The notes: generated by a model from the letters alone, not told the origin. A DNA stretch of 64,000 nt from Thecamonas trahens ATCC 50062 (GCF_000142905.1 NW_013657661.1:248001-312000), one strand, 5' to 3'. Positions 11,401-23,583 are shown, counted from the stretch's first letter. A program made the numbers and translations.

Positions 11401-13363
11401 ACGCCCGCAGCTCGACGCCTACATGGGCGCCGACATTCCGGGAACGGCGGCAGCGATGGCAACGACTTCGCACCTGTCGTCGGCGTACGCCAGCGGCGAG
11501 GACATGCGGTTGCTGAGCGACTCTGCGCTGGTGGATGCCGCGCTGCGCGACTCGGCGTCCAAGGTGGTGGCCCACGCTGTGTGGTGCATTGCCAACGTGT
11601 TTGCGCTCGACGCGCCTGACCTCATGATCGAGGCGCTGCGGTCGCTGGACGGCCTTGACGCGCTGCTCGCGCTCCTCACGCCCGAGCGGCTTGGCACTCA
11701 GCCGGAAATCATCCGCGGCGTGCTGGCGGCGCTCGGCAACATTGCGCCGTTTGCGGTTGTCGACGTCCTCGCCTCGCGCACCGCCCTCCGGGTCACCGTC
11801 GACGCGCTCAACGAGGACCTGTACGAGGCCGATTTGCAAGTCCAGGCCTCCACCTTTCTGCATGCGCTCGTCACCGCGCCGATGCTCGAGCACTCGATCA
11901 TCTCGCAGGGCGCGGCGCATTCACTACTCCACACGCTCGGCGAGGTGTTGCTGGATGCAGCCAGGCTGTTTGAGGCGAGCTTTTTGCTCCTCGCCTCGCC
12001 GCGGGCGTCGACGTCGAAGCGAGTGCAGACCCGCTACAACTTGGTCATATCGATTGCCAAGCTCCTCTCGCTCTCATCGGCACTCTACTCTCTGGCGTGG
12101 AGTGAGAGGCTGGTCAAGGTGGCGTCGGCCATGGAGCCGCAAGCCGTCGCCCGCCTCGAGCGCAACCTTAACGAGCAGCTGCGGATGCGGACGTCGGACC
12201 GCGAGTTTGTGCTCGCTGTCTTTACCATTGTCGACACGATTGGATGGAACTCGGCCTTTGTGACCCACGACCCGCTGCGGCTCTTCTATGAGCAGCAGCT
12301 CGCGGATGAAGATGCGGTCGGGCGAAAGGGCTTCGGCACAGGTAGCAACGTGACTGCTCCGGCCGCACTTCTCGTGTCGACAGGAGTCACGACCAAGGCT
12401 GAGAGCGCTCGAAAGCGCAATTCGACACTTGCCGGTGTGCGGCGGTCGCGGCGTGTCACCATGTCCAACGGCGCGGCGCTCGACCAGGGCTACCTCGTCT
12501 CCGACGGCTTGGATTTGCCTGTTGAGCTGCAAGACGCGTCGTCCATGTCGCACCGTGAGCACTCGATCCTGTCGCGGCTCTCGGTACTGGACATGCCTGG
12601 CGACGACTTTGACGAGACCGGGTTCGACCTCGGCTCGGACTCTCTTGACGACGACGACAACAACGACGACGACGGCAAGTACAGACTCGAGGCTGGGGTC
12701 TCGGACTCGGACTCGGACTCGGACATGCCGCACGATCTTGACGGCTTTGTGCCGAATCCTTTCTTTACCGGAGTCTCGCAGGCGCTGGCGGCGACTGCAT
12801 CCGACTGCGAGAGCTCGGGCGTCGAGCGCCGTAGCGTGACCGTGCCTGCACTGGCGCTCTCGCCGCAGGCCTCGCGGGCAGCCGAAGACGAGATGGTCGA
12901 GGATGCAGTGCCGAGCTCACCGCCGAGTGGTGCCCACGCGCCACCCGACATCGTGGTCGCTGTGGGAAACTCTCAAGTACGGCTCCCGAGCGTGCTGTCG
13001 ACCAGCGCTGTCTCGTCGCCGCGGACGACGTCGGAGAATGAGGATCGCAAGGACTCGCGCGACATGTTCTCCAACATTGTGAGCGAAGCCGACCTTGTGG
13101 CGACGCTAGACGCTGAGAAGAATGCACGCCTCTCGCGCGCGTTGGCGTCGCGGGCCGCGATCTCGCCGCCGACTCCTACCGAAGGCGCCGTACCGGGCGA
13201 GGAAGACGCAAAGGACGACGAGGAGGCCGAAGTCGAGCCAGCAGCAAGCAGCGATGCTCCTGACGAGGATGCCGGTGGCAGCGCGCTCCACCGTGCCAGC
13301 AAGGTGGACATCCAGGCAGACGAAATCGCACCGATGTTTGACAGCGATGCGTTTGGGTTTTGA
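8438..13363 (+). CDS. Rho guanine nucleotide exchange factor: IQ-DH-PH-PH-ARM repeats (three apparent frameshifts at ~8788, ~9430, ~10102)
   Basis: IQ-like AAVILQRYGRMWAAK. DH: IAREILETERGYV...VFSNIELI...LLMPIQRIPRYILLL. PH1: RKFVKEG...RMFFLFNDILVY. PH2: SGRLRKAG...YRTRTFF...YSLSAKSEAEMNTWL. Helical ARM-like repeats (VQEAAAWALVHL, HAVWCIANV), then an acidic tail. Confidence 0.85.
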
Positions 13364-14746
13364 GGCAGCGGTTGTGGCCGTGTGACCGTCTCGCCAAGAG
13401 TAGACGTTTATGCTGGCATGGAGTGCGGCGGCACGGGCAGAGATAATAGCAACCAGCGGCTCGCGATCCAGGTCCTGGAACTTGCGTGTGAGCGAGACCG
13501 AGTCGAACTCTGCAATGATAAAGTCGAGAGCGACACGACGGAGCGGGGCGAGGCCGAACTTGGTGGCGCCTTCGTAGACCCAGGCGGCGTTGGCGACCGA
13601 GATGTTCTGGGCGAGGCGCATGGCGCAGATAAGGAGAAGATAGTTGAGCTGCAGCCACTGACAGAGCGGGACCAGCTCCATGGCCAGCTCGAGGGTGATT
13701 TCGGTCATCTCCATGTAAAGGAACTTGAGCGCCTTGCGGAATACAATCGGTCGGGTGTCGGTGACCGGGATGACCGCCCGGTGCTCAGGGTACTTGGCAA
13801 AGAGCTCGCGAAAGACTGGCGAGTGGTTGGCGAGGACAGCGCGGTGACCGTGGACAGTCTCGGAACCGACCGAGAAGAAGACGTCGGCATACTGCGGCGA
13901 CATCAGCATCTGGCGCATGTACAGCTGGAGGCGGGTGAGCGGCGAATTTGGAACCGGCGGCTTGACCAGCATCATGACCTGGTCGGGGGCAACGACGCGG
14001 ACTTGCGACGACTTGAAGCTGCGCTTTCCCACGGTCTTCTTGCGAGTTGCGTAGGCGGCCTGGACTTGCTGCGCCAACTGCGCCGCAAACATCTCCTCAC
14101 GGGACGGTCCCTGCCCCGGCGGCGCTTGCCCGCTCGCCACGTTGGTGCCGAGCGGCGAGAGGACCGGAGCCGGTGGTGAGGTCGGCGGCACCGGCGGTGA
14201 GGTCGGTGGCGGCGGGCCGGATGCTGGCGGCGAGGTTGGCGGCGAGGTTGGCGGTGAGGTCGGCGGATCTGGGCCGAGGCCAGGCGGCATGCGCGGCGGC
14301 GAGAGGAGCGGCGAGGCCGGGCGCGGCGGCGACGACTGCAGCGGCGACGAGTGCCAAGCGTGGGTCTCGTACTGCATCGAGAGCGGCGGCGGGGTGGCGA
14401 GGGCGACACGGCGGCGATCAGCGGCATCGGTAGCGGCGGCGGCAGCGGCGGCGGCAGCCGACATCGACGACGGCGGGCCGGCAGCAGAGCGGGCAGCCCA
14501 TGCAGGCACCGGCGTGGCGCGGACCGCCGCTCGCGGGTACGGCATGCTTGCAGACAGCGACGATGGTCCGGGATGATGGGCGTACGTCCCAGCGTGGTTC
14601 TCACTCTGCAGCGGGGCGTACGTCTCGCGGCCGCCGAGCTCGAAGCGGACATTGGCCAGGCAGTCGGCGCACTTGGCGCCCTTGCGGGCGACAGCAGCGC
14701 CGCACAGGGCGCACCCGTGGTGCTCCAGCCAGGGAGCAGCAGCCAT
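13106..14746 (-). CDS. BTB/POZ(-BACK) domain protein with N-terminal CxxC-CxxC finger and Pro-rich linker
   Basis: ATG 14746 (MAAAPWLEHHGCALC...KCADC). BTB: YADVFFSVGSETVHGHRAVLANHSPVFRELF...FRKALKFLY, followed by BACK-like ISVANAAWVYEGATKFGLAPLRRVALDFI. The 3' end is uncertain because it overlaps the RhoGEF end. Confidence 0.8.
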   Translation of the reverse strand: MAAAPWLEHHGCALCGAAVARKGAKCADCLANVRFELGGRETYAPLQSENHAGTYAHHPGPSSLSASMPYPRAAVRATPVPAWAARSAAGPPSSMSAAAAAAAAATDAADRRRVALATPPPLSMQYETHAWHSSPLQSSPPRPASPLLSPPRMPPGLGPDPPTSPPTSPPTSPPASGPPPPTSPPVPPTSPPAPVLSPLGTNVASGQAPPGQGPSREEMFAAQLAQQVQAAYATRKKTVGKRSFKSSQVRVVAPDQVMMLVKPPVPNSPLTRLQLYMRQMLMSPQYADVFFSVGSETVHGHRAVLANHSPVFRELFAKYPEHRAVIPVTDTRPIVFRKALKFLYMEMTEITLELAMELVPLCQWLQLNYLLLICAMRLAQNISVANAAWVYEGATKFGLAPLRRVALDFIIAEFDSVSLTRKFQDLDREPLVAIISARAAALHASINVYSWRDGHTATTAASKPKRIAVKHRCDFVCLDVHLAGTVERAATGILVRSIAACCWLDFGLLVVLCVFLARYGAFGRSRRRDRGPRRQRAREACILLSV

Positions 14747-14974
14747 AGTGGGGTGAGTGGGGAGGGGGGTAGGAGAGGGTGGGGGGTGGGTGGGTGGGGT
14801 GGTCTTGGGGGTGGCGCAGTGGCGGGGACTCGGTGGCAGCAGGTGGCGCCTGGCCAGCGGGTTGGGCCGGTGGCGGCTGGCGGCGTGTCGCACACACGCA
14901 CACGCCACTCGGCCAATTGCTGGCGGTCCTTCAATTCGGACTAAGCCTTGCTGGTCTGCGGCGGTGTGTTTGCC

Positions 14975-17900
14975 ATGATCGACATTCCGGGCATCTACAT
15001 CGGAGCCAAGCCACTGCCGTGCAGAGGATGGAGCGGGAGGCGCGGGCGTGGTGACGGATATGCCGCCGTGCCGCTCGGCGACAGCTCGGACGTCGAGGCA
15101 AGCGAGGACGGTGGACCTGGTGTCGCATCTGCAAGTAGCGCATCTCCGGACGCATCGCTGGCGGGGTATGCTCCCAATCCCGAGATGGGCGCCGGCATTG
15201 TGTCGCGCATGTTCTTCACCTACGTCAATGCCATGCTCGCCACAGGCTACCTCCGCCCGCTCGGCCTCGCCGACATGTACCAGCTCATGCCCGTCGACGA
15301 CCCGACAGTGGCGTTCCGCAAGCTTCGGCGCGGATGGCTCGCCCGCGGTTCCGAGTCGGTTATCTGGGCACTTGCCCGCGGCTGGGGCTGGCTTCATCTG
15401 GTCAACTGGATCTTCCTTGCCATCGCCACCGCCGCAGAGCTCGCTGGCCCGCTCTTCATCCACGCCATCCTCCGCTGCCTGGCGTCGTCGGCAACGTGCG
15501 GCTCGAGCGTGTGGATCTACGTGGTGGCGCTCTCGGCTACGCAAATCCTCCGAGTCTTGGCCAACGCTCGCTTCAGCTACTTTATGAAGCGCTACTGCAC
15601 CGCAGCAAAGTCGGCGCTCCAGGTCGACGTCTTTGACTCGCTGCTCGGGCTGACCGCCGCCGGCTGCGACGAGCTCGGCAAGGGCAAGATCATCAATCTT
15701 GTCGGCGTCGACGCCGGCACCATCCGCGAGTCGCTCTCGTCGGTTCACCTTGCGGTCATCACGCCTGTTCAGCTCGCGCTTGGCTTCTATCTTTTGTTCT
15801 CGTTCCTGGGCGTCTCGGTCCTTGCCGGCCTTGCCTCGCTCGTTGCCCTCCTCCCACTCAACCTCATGCTTGCCCGCGGGCTGAAGCAGGTCGAGAAACG
15901 GGTCATGGTCGCCAAGGACGCTCGCAACAAGGCCATCGCCGACATGCTCGGCGGCATCAGAGTCGTCAAGCTCCTCGGGTGGGAGACCTTCTTCTCGCGC
16001 AAGATCGGCGCGCTCCGCGCCACCGAGCAGGCAGCCATTCAGAGACGCGGCGTCCTCCTCGGCCTCGGTCGACTGCTCAACGCCATCATTCCATCGCTGG
16101 TCTCGGGTGTCACCTTTGCTGTCTACGTCGCCCGCGGCAACGTCATGACGCCGGCCGCCACCTTTGCCTCACTCTCGCTCTTCTCCATCCTGCAGGGCCC
16201 ACTTGACTCGGTTGCCCGCGAGCTCCTCGCCGCGTACGCGACAGGCAAGGTTGCTGCTAGCCGGCTCTCGAACTTTGCCGGCGCCCCACAGCGCCACCTT
16301 CCGCCACTGGCAGCCGATCCGCTCGCGCCACGGGAACAGCCGCTGGCCCTCTGCGGTACCTACGCCTGGGCGTCGGACGATCCTTCGCCAGTCCTGTACG
16401 ACCTCGACCTTGTCTTTCCGCCCAACTCGCTCACCCTGCTCATGGGCCCGGTTGGCTGTGGCAAGTCGGCCATTTTGCTGGCGCTGCTTGGTGAGCTTGA
16501 AGTCCTCTCGCCGGGATCGCCGCAGTTTCCGGCCGGCTCACCGCGTCCAGCCATCGCGTACGCTCCGCAACGGCCGTGGCTCCTCTCGGCCTCGCTCCGC
16601 GCCAACATTGTTCTCGACGCCGAGTTTGACGCTCCGCGCTACGCGGCGGCGCTCACTGCTGCCGGCCTTGAACACGACCTCACCCTCTTGCCGGCAGGCG
16701 ATGCGACTGAGATCGGCGAGAAGGGTGTCAACATCTCTGGTGGCCAGAAGCAGCGGGTGGCGCTGGCTCGGGTTCTCTACTCGCGGGCGCCGATTGTTCT
16801 CCTCGACGATCCGCTGTCTGCAGTCGACCCGGAGCAAGCCGCCACCATCTTTGAAGCCGCCATCCGGCCGCTCGCCGAGCGCGCTGTAGTCGTCGTCGCC
16901 ACCCACTCTCTTGCGTTTGAGCAAATCCCCGGCCTACGGATCTACCATGTCGCGGCTGGCCGTGCCGAGTTGGCCTCGCCACGGACGCTTGCTGCGCAAG
17001 AGTCAAGCAACGAGCCTGCGGCTCTACCGGCTGGCACTCTTCCCGACGACAACCGAGAGCGCGCGCCCCACGACGCTGCCGCCGTCGCGGCCGGCGCCAA
17101 GCTCAAGGTCAAGGAAGACCGGGCATCGGGCTCGGTTGTTGCCAAAGACTACCTGCAGTACGCGCGCGCGCTCGGGTGGACGGCTGTCGGCACTATCGCG
17201 CTTGGGCTGGTCGCCATGGAGGCGCTCGACGTGGGACGCAACATGTGGCTCTCCAAGTGGACCCATGCCGCCAGCGAGCGCGGTGGCGCAGACAACAGCA
17301 AGTACCTTGGCGGCTACTTTGGCCTGATTGTGGCGTCGGGAGTAGCCACGGCACTCACCGCTACCCTCGTCTTCACCGCTTCGGCTGTTGCTGGCACCAA
17401 GTACCACGCTGCGGCGCTGGTGGGTGTGACGGCGTCGCCGCTGACGTTCTTTGACGCCACGCCGCTCGGACGGATCCTCAACCGGTTTTCCAAGGATGTG
17501 GCTGACATGGACTCGGGCGTCTTGCCTGTGCTTGTGAGGGTCATCATGACGCTGCTCAAGGCCGGCGCGGTGGTCTGCGTCATCGGCGCGGCCACACCGT
17601 GGTTCTTGCTCGCCGTCCCGTTCATTGCGCTGACCTACTACCCAGTCTCGGTCGTATATCAACGATCAAAGCGCGAGCTCCAGCGGACCGGTTCGATCGT
17701 CACCTCGCCGCTCATCGCCCACGTTGCTGGCGTTATCGAAGGTCTAGCCTCAGTCCGGGCTTATGGCCTTGAGGAAAGCTTTGCGGACAAGCACACCCGA
17801 AACGTCGAGGCGACGGCACGGGTGTGGAACGGTAAGGTCAACACCAACCGGTGGCTCCTGCTCCGGCTCTCGCTCCTCGGCGGCGGCGTGGTCTCGCTCT

Positions 17901-18879
17901 CGGGCTGCCTCGCGGTCTCGGCGGCGTCGCAGGGCACGATCACGGCCGCGACCGCCGGCCTGGCTCTGCTATATGCCTCGCAGCTGACCGGTGCGCTCAT
18001 CCAGCTGTGCGCAGCGGTGACGAGGGTCGAGGTGCGGATGAACGCGGTCGAGCGGCTCGGTCATTACTTTGATCTACCGAGCGAGGCTCGCGCCGTGGGT
18101 GGGCCGCAGAACGGGACAGCTGCGGCGCGATGGCGTGTTGTAGACGGTGCCATCTCGTTCGACAACGTAGCGTTGCGATACCGCGACTCGCTCCCCTTGT
18201 TCTCCGTGACGTCTCATTCGAAGTGCCAGCGCGGGCCAAGGTTGGAATTTGCGGTGCCTCGGGTGCCGGCAAGTCGTCGCTCCTAGCGGCGCTGTTCCAA
18301 ACCGTCCCGCTCGCAGGGGGCTCGATTCGCATCGACGGCGATGACATTCGCGAGGTGGGCTTGGTTGCGCTTCGGCGGAGCCTGGCCATCATTCCGCAGG
18401 ACGCGCAACTGTTTCTCGGTACACTTGCGTTCAACATGGATCCGACGGGCACGACTCGTCCCGAGGCGATGTGGCAGGCGCTTGAGGCGGTCGGCATGGC
18501 CGAGGTTCTCCGCGATAAGGCCTACGAGCTCGACGCTGATGCCGACCCGCTTGACCTTGAGCTGAAGAACAATCTGTCGTGCGGCGAGGCACAGCTTGTG
18601 TGCATGGCGCGGGCGCTGGTCCGCGATGCCCGGATCATTGTCATCGACGAGGGCACCGCATCGGTAGATGCCGAGTCGGACGCGCGGATTCAGCACGTCA
18701 TTCGCACGGCCTTTGCCGACCGCACGGTGCTCACCATCGCGCATCGGCTGGCAACACTCGCAGACTACGACCGGCTCCTGGTCATGGTGGACGGCGAAGT
18801 TGCCGAGTACGACACGCCAGCAGCACTGCTGGCGGCGGAAGACTCGATCTATGGCCGACTCGTGGCCGCACAGACATAG
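14975..18879 (+). CDS. ABCC: ABC transporter subfamily C (MRP-like), TMD1-NBD1-TMD2-NBD2 (apparent frameshift ~18195)
   Basis: NBD1 GPVGCGKS, EIGEKGVNISGGQKQRVALAR, LLDDPLSAVD. TMD2 FFDATPLGRILNRFSKD. NBD2 GASGAGKSS, LSCGEAQL, IDEGTASVD, TIAHRL. Confidence 0.95.
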
Positions 18880-18901
18880 GCGCACGCGCGCGGGCAGCGA
18901 G

Positions 18902-20584
18902 TCAGGCGACCATCATGCGCTCGACGCCGGCGGGATCAACAAGCAAGTGCTCAACAACACGTCCGCGGCCGCGGTCGAGCACGAGCCAGCCCGACGGGAG
19001 AATGACGACCGGGATCCAGCCGGTCCGGGTCCTTTTTCCGAGCCAGGCTCCCGGATCCGGAGCGTCTGGGTTGTCCGGCTGCTTGGCGGCAAAGGCGTAC
19101 TCGAGGCCGCAGGCAAGGCGGCCGTGCAGGAACGGAAACGACGGCAAGCCGTCGCGCGGATGGACGATGACGACCTCGGCCACAGCAGCACCGCGATTGT
19201 CGGGCGCGTTGGTGTCGGAAAATGACATGTCGCCCAGAATGTACTCGACGCCGTTGGCGCGAACAAGGGTGGGCGAGTCGGAGAACGGCTTGTGGCCCGA
19301 GACGACCCGAGCGATGCCCGAGTCGCGGAGCGCCAGCGCCACGTCGGCCGGCGGCTCGTTCGGCACGCCTCGAGTGAGCGACGGGTGGATGGCGACGGAG
19401 CGGCCGTGGACGGCACGGGTGTAAAAGTAGGAGAAGAGCTGTGCGCCGCCGCGCTGATTGCGGTCGAGGTCGAGGTAGCCGGGCGAGGCAACAAAGGCGG
19501 CGAGTGCGCGGAGCTGCCAGGCGCGGAGGGCAGCGACCCACTCGTGGATCGAGGCCGAAGGAGGCAGGGTGGTGCCGACGGCAGCGCGGGTCACCCCATC
19601 AAAGGCGTCGTCGGCTGGGACAAAGCCTAGCGCACGCCGCGAGACGCCGCCGTGGACAAAGAGCGAGTCGTGGACGAGAGCAGCGAGCTCGGAGAGGACC
19701 ACGTACTTGAGCGCCTCGCCGCCGCCAGAGGCGACGATGTCGTGTGGACGGACACAGACATGTCCCTCACGCGGAACCACTACCGTCTCCTGCGACGCTG
19801 GATGCCGTGGATCGGCGGCAGCGAGGAACGAGTCGACGACCTCGTCGTCCGAGACGTCGTCAGGCGAGGAACGGCCGGCGAGGAGGGCGAGTTCGGCCTT
19901 GCGGGCCTCGAACATGGCGGCAGCACCCATGGTGCAGTGCAAATGGTAGCGGAGGCGGGCTGACCGCGAGTCTGGCAGCGCCCGCGACGCCATAAACTGC
20001 GCTGGCGTGACGTAGCTCGAGAGGCCCGACCACCAGTACGGGCCCGGCAGGGTGTGCACCGACTGTGAGAGCTCCGGGCCAGTGAGATGCGCGACTAGCT
20101 TGAGCTTGTTGGCGTCGCGGTTGCCGAGAATGAGGTGAACGTGTTGCGGATAGCGGATCTTAAAGTCGACCAGCAGGCGGGCAAGGCGCAGATCACCATC
20201 GCCCTTGTCGAACACGTCGCCGCCGTAGACAAAGTGGAGATCAGGGGATGCGTCGGGAGAGCCAACGGGATCGCTCGGCTTGCGCCACTGCAGCCGCTCA
20301 TGGCCATCGGGACCGACTTCCAGCATCACCACCAGTGAGCGCGCGGCGTAGTCCTGGAACAGCGCGAGCTTGCCCTCGACGTCGGTGACGTAGCCGACGA
20401 GGGCGGCGGCGGTCGTCCCGCCAGCGGCCGCCAGCGCCTGGGTAGCCAGCGGGCGGCCTGCGGGCGGCGGCGGGGCGGCAAAGGCCGTAGCGGCCGGCGG
20501 GCAGACGGCTGCAGCGAGCCAGGACAGTCCGTATGGCATGGAAGGAGAGTGAGAAGAGAGGTTGGGGGGTCGCTCAAAGGGCAT
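18902..20584 (-). CDS. Calcineurin-like metallophosphoesterase (variant motifs)
   Basis: YVTDVEG, GGDVFDKG, LILGNRD, LFVHGG, VVSGHKP in the order expected for the family. Start could be 20584 or ~20539. Confidence 0.8.
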   Translation of the reverse strand: MPFERPPNLSSHSPSMPYGLSWLAAAVCPPAATAFAAPPPPAGRPLATQALAAAGGTTAAALVGYVTDVEGKLALFQDYAARSLVVMLEVGPDGHERLQWRKPSDPVGSPDASPDLHFVYGGDVFDKGDGDLRLARLLVDFKIRYPQHVHLILGNRDANKLKLVAHLTGPELSQSVHTLPGPYWWSGLSSYVTPAQFMASRALPDSRSARLRYHLHCTMGAAAMFEARKAELALLAGRSSPDDVSDDEVVDSFLAAADPRHPASQETVVVPREGHVCVRPHDIVASGGGEALKYVVLSELAALVHDSLFVHGGVSRRALGFVPADDAFDGVTRAAVGTTLPPSASIHEWVAALRAWQLRALAAFVASPGYLDLDRNQRGGAQLFSYFYTRAVHGRSVAIHPSLTRGVPNEPPADVALALRDSGIARVVSGHKPFSDSPTLVRANGVEYILGDMSFSDTNAPDNRGAAVAEVVIVHPRDGLPSFPFLHGRLACGLEYAFAAKQPDNPDAPDPGAWLGKRTRTGWIPVVILPSGWLVLDRGRGRVVEHLLVDPAGVERMMVA

Positions 20585-20727
20585 CGCTGCAGAAGGCCGC
20601 AGCGGATGGTGTCAGTCGCCGGGTCGACGGGAGCGGGCGAGCGAGGCTGACGACTGTAGCGGGCTGGCGGCGGTTGGAAGCAGGCTTCTGAAAGCGTGGG
20701 CGGAGGTGGGATCTCTGTGGTTGGGCT

Positions 20728-22268
20728 TTACTGCTGGGCACAAGAGACACCCGGGGCGCCGCCGTAGGCCTCATCGTCCTCGTCGTAAGCGTTGTTGCCG
20801 TGAGCGTGCGAGGAGCGGCCTGTGTGGGCGTGGGACGACGGATCGTAGTTGTGCAAGTGGACCTCCTCGACGTCGTCAGGGGAAAAGGCCGGGAGCTTCG
20901 GCCGCGGCGGGAGGACAGACTCGAGAACGCGGGCATTCTCGGGGGTAAAGGTGCCTGCGGGCGGGAAGGCGACGGTGAACTTGACAAAGAGGCGGCCGCG
21001 GGTAAAGGGCGAGCCGTGGCGCGGCATGCCCTCGTTGCGGATGCACTTGACGTCGCCAGGCTTGATGATCTCACCAGGCTCCGAGGTGACGAGCAGGACG
21101 CGGCCGTCGAGGTGGGTGACAAGGAACTGGTAGCCGCAGAGAGCCTCGACCAGGGTCAGCTCCTTGTCGACGTACAGGTCGTCGCCGTCGCGGGTAAAGA
21201 TCGGGTGATCCTCCTGCTGCAGGACAATGACGACGTCGCCAGGCAGGTGGTTCGGGGCCTGGTCGGCCTCGCCGCGGAACACGATATTCTCGCCGGTGGC
21301 CATGCCCGGGTCGATTTCGACGCGGAGGACCTTCTTCTTGACCACGACCTTATCGCCGGAGCAGCCGGTGCAGCGGTCGCCGGGGCGGATGAACTCGCCG
21401 GTGCCGCGGCAGTCGCGGCACTTGGACTGCAGCTGCTGGACCATGCCCGGGCCAACCTGGCGAAGCTGGATCTGGATGCCTTGCCCGTTGCAGGCGGTGC
21501 AGCGGCGGACCTCGGATCCGCCCTTGCCGTCGCAAGTCTCGCACAGCTCGTTCTTCTTGACGGCGATCTTCTTGACCTTGCCGTTGTACAGCTCCTCGAG
21601 CTTGACGCCCATGCGGTGCTTCATGTCCTCGGTCTTGGGCGGACCGCGGCGGCGACCGCCGCGGCCAAAGAACCCGCCGCCAAACATCTGCTCAAAGATG
21701 TCTGCGGCGCCAAAGCCGCCCATGCCGCCGCCGCCGCCGCCCATGCCACCCTCGAGGCCCTCCATGCCATACCGGTCGTAGATCTCCTTCTTCTGCGGGT
21801 CTGAGAGCACATCAAACGCCGCAGAAATCTCCTTGAACTTCTCTGCGCCGTCCGGGTTCTTGTCCGGATGGTGCTTCAGCGCGAGCTTCCGGTACGCCTT
21901 CTTGATCTCCTTGTCCGACGCCGAAGGTGAGACGCCTGCGCCCGCCACCACCGCCATCACACACACACGCACACACAACCATCCAACATCCTCACCATGT
22001 GAGTCTCCCCCATCCTTGCATCCCTCCTCCTGCTCCCCTCTCCCCCTCGGCTTGTCCCCTTCCCCTCCATCCCCGTCTCCCTCCCTCCGCCGTCGTCACT
22101 CTCGTGAAAGTGGATGGGCCTTCTTGAAGACACCGACCGAAAGGACATGGGCGGGGGGCCGGGGGGGGGGAGGGCGGGGGGGAGGGGGGGGACAGCCATG
22201 GACCATGGACTCGTTCAGCACGTGTGCGTACCAAGCACGTCGTAGAGGGCAGTGTCAGCAACCGACAT
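20728..22268 (-). CDS. DNAJA: Type I Hsp40/DnaJ (DNAJA/Ydj1-like); exons 22268-22232 and 21935-20728
   Basis: J-domain HPDKN, G/F region, four CxxCxGxG-type zinc repeats, C-terminal CaaX (CAQQ). Exon 1 [13 protein letters not shown] joins via a GTACGC...CAG intron (21936-22231). Confidence 0.97.
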
Positions 22269-22402
22269 GGTTGTCTGATGAGAGAGAGGTGGAAGGGGTA
22301 GAGATGCGAGGGGAGGGGGGAGGAAGGGAGTGTGGCTGCTGGCGCCATGATCATGCCATGATGTCGGAGGGGAGGGGGGGAGGGGGAGGGGGGGGGGGGG
22401 GA

Positions 22403-22502
22403 NNNNNNNNNNNNNNNNNNNNNNNNNNNNNNNNNNNNNNNNNNNNNNNNNNNNNNNNNNNNNNNNNNNNNNNNNNNNNNNNNNNNNNNNNNNNNNNNNN
22501 NN
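22403..22502. other. Assembly gap (N run)
   Basis: 100 N between G-rich and C-rich tracts. Confidence 0.99.
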
Positions 22503-22721
22503 CCTACTACGTACCGACTCACCACCCCCCCTCTCCCCCCCCTCCCGTATGATGATCCTTACACTGTCGTGTCCCTTCCCATCGCCATGACTACATCCCT
22601 CCTTCCCCCCCCCTCCCCCCTTCCCCTCCCCGCCACCTGTGCTCGACACCCCCACCCCTCCCTCTCCCTGGCCCATACCCACCACCACCCGTCTGTCTCA
22701 AAGGCACTGGCACTGGCACAG

Positions 22722-23583
22722 ATGGCGGCCACCGAAGAGCCTCCGGTCTTTGAGCTCACTGCACGGTAGGTACAGCCACTAGCCATTGAGCCGTAGCCAT
22801 ACAGGGTATGGTGGTGGCGAAGTGACGAGTCATGCGCCGGCCACTTGGCCACCACACCCACCACCACCACCACCACCACCACCACCACCCGCCACCACCC
22901 GCCACCTACCACCCACCCCTACTCACACGCACACACTCTCCCCTCCCCCCCCCCCCCTACCTCACTCCTCCCTCCCCTTCCTCGCCCCCCCCCCCTTGTG
23001 CACGGGCAGGTTCAACAATGCCGTCCGCCTGATCAACGCCGTGGACGGCAAGCGGTTTCCGCTCATGCTCACTCGCATCGTGCAGAACCTGCACAGGGTC
23101 TCCGAGGCCCCGTTCTCGCCGCAGGAAATGACTCAGCTGGCAGGCGTGCTGGGCATGCCCGAGGCCGACATCACCGCCATCCTCGACGCCGCCACATACA
23201 TGTTTGAAAAGGCAGCCTACCACACTCTGTCCATCAAGAAGCTCGGCACCGCCCTTGAGGCCGCCGCCATGGACGCAGACAAGATCGTCTCGGTCCAAAA
23301 GGTGTGGCAGGACAACGGGCGGACGCTGCTGGAGAACCTCAAGAGTTCGACCGTCACGCCGCGCGTTCTCGAGTCCATCAAGTCGCGGACCCACCTCGAG
23401 GTGGGCCAGGACTCGCTCCGCGGGGTGAAGGAGCTGCGCGCCATCCTGCAGCTCGGCCTCGAAGCCCCGCCTGGTGGCTCGGCCGAGCCCGAGGATGTCA
23501 TTGTCGAGATGTCCAAAGACCAGCTCCGCGACTTCTTCCTCCAGTGTGAGACCATCCAGGGCCAGCTTGACGCCCTCGCCTGA
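22722..23583 (+). CDS. COMMD10: COMM domain-containing protein 10; exons 22722-22765 and 23010-23583
   Basis: AVRLINAVDGKRFPLMLTRIVQNLH...FEKAAYH...EMSKDQLRDFFLQCETIQGQLDAL resembles human COMMD10 end to end. GTAGGT...CAG intron 22766-23009. Confidence 0.9.

Noticed and set aside
14747-15748. Long N-terminal extension of the BTB ORF (880-aa call)
   Set aside because: It is antisense to the ABCC coding region and crosses a low-complexity intergenic tract. The ATG at 14746 is the more plausible start.
8750-18200. Pseudogene interpretation of the frameshifted RhoGEF and ABCC genes (also AMPD, PI4K2, vinculin-like)
   Set aside because: There are no in-frame stops or decay, catalytic motifs are intact, and each break is a single-base deficit at a homopolymer.
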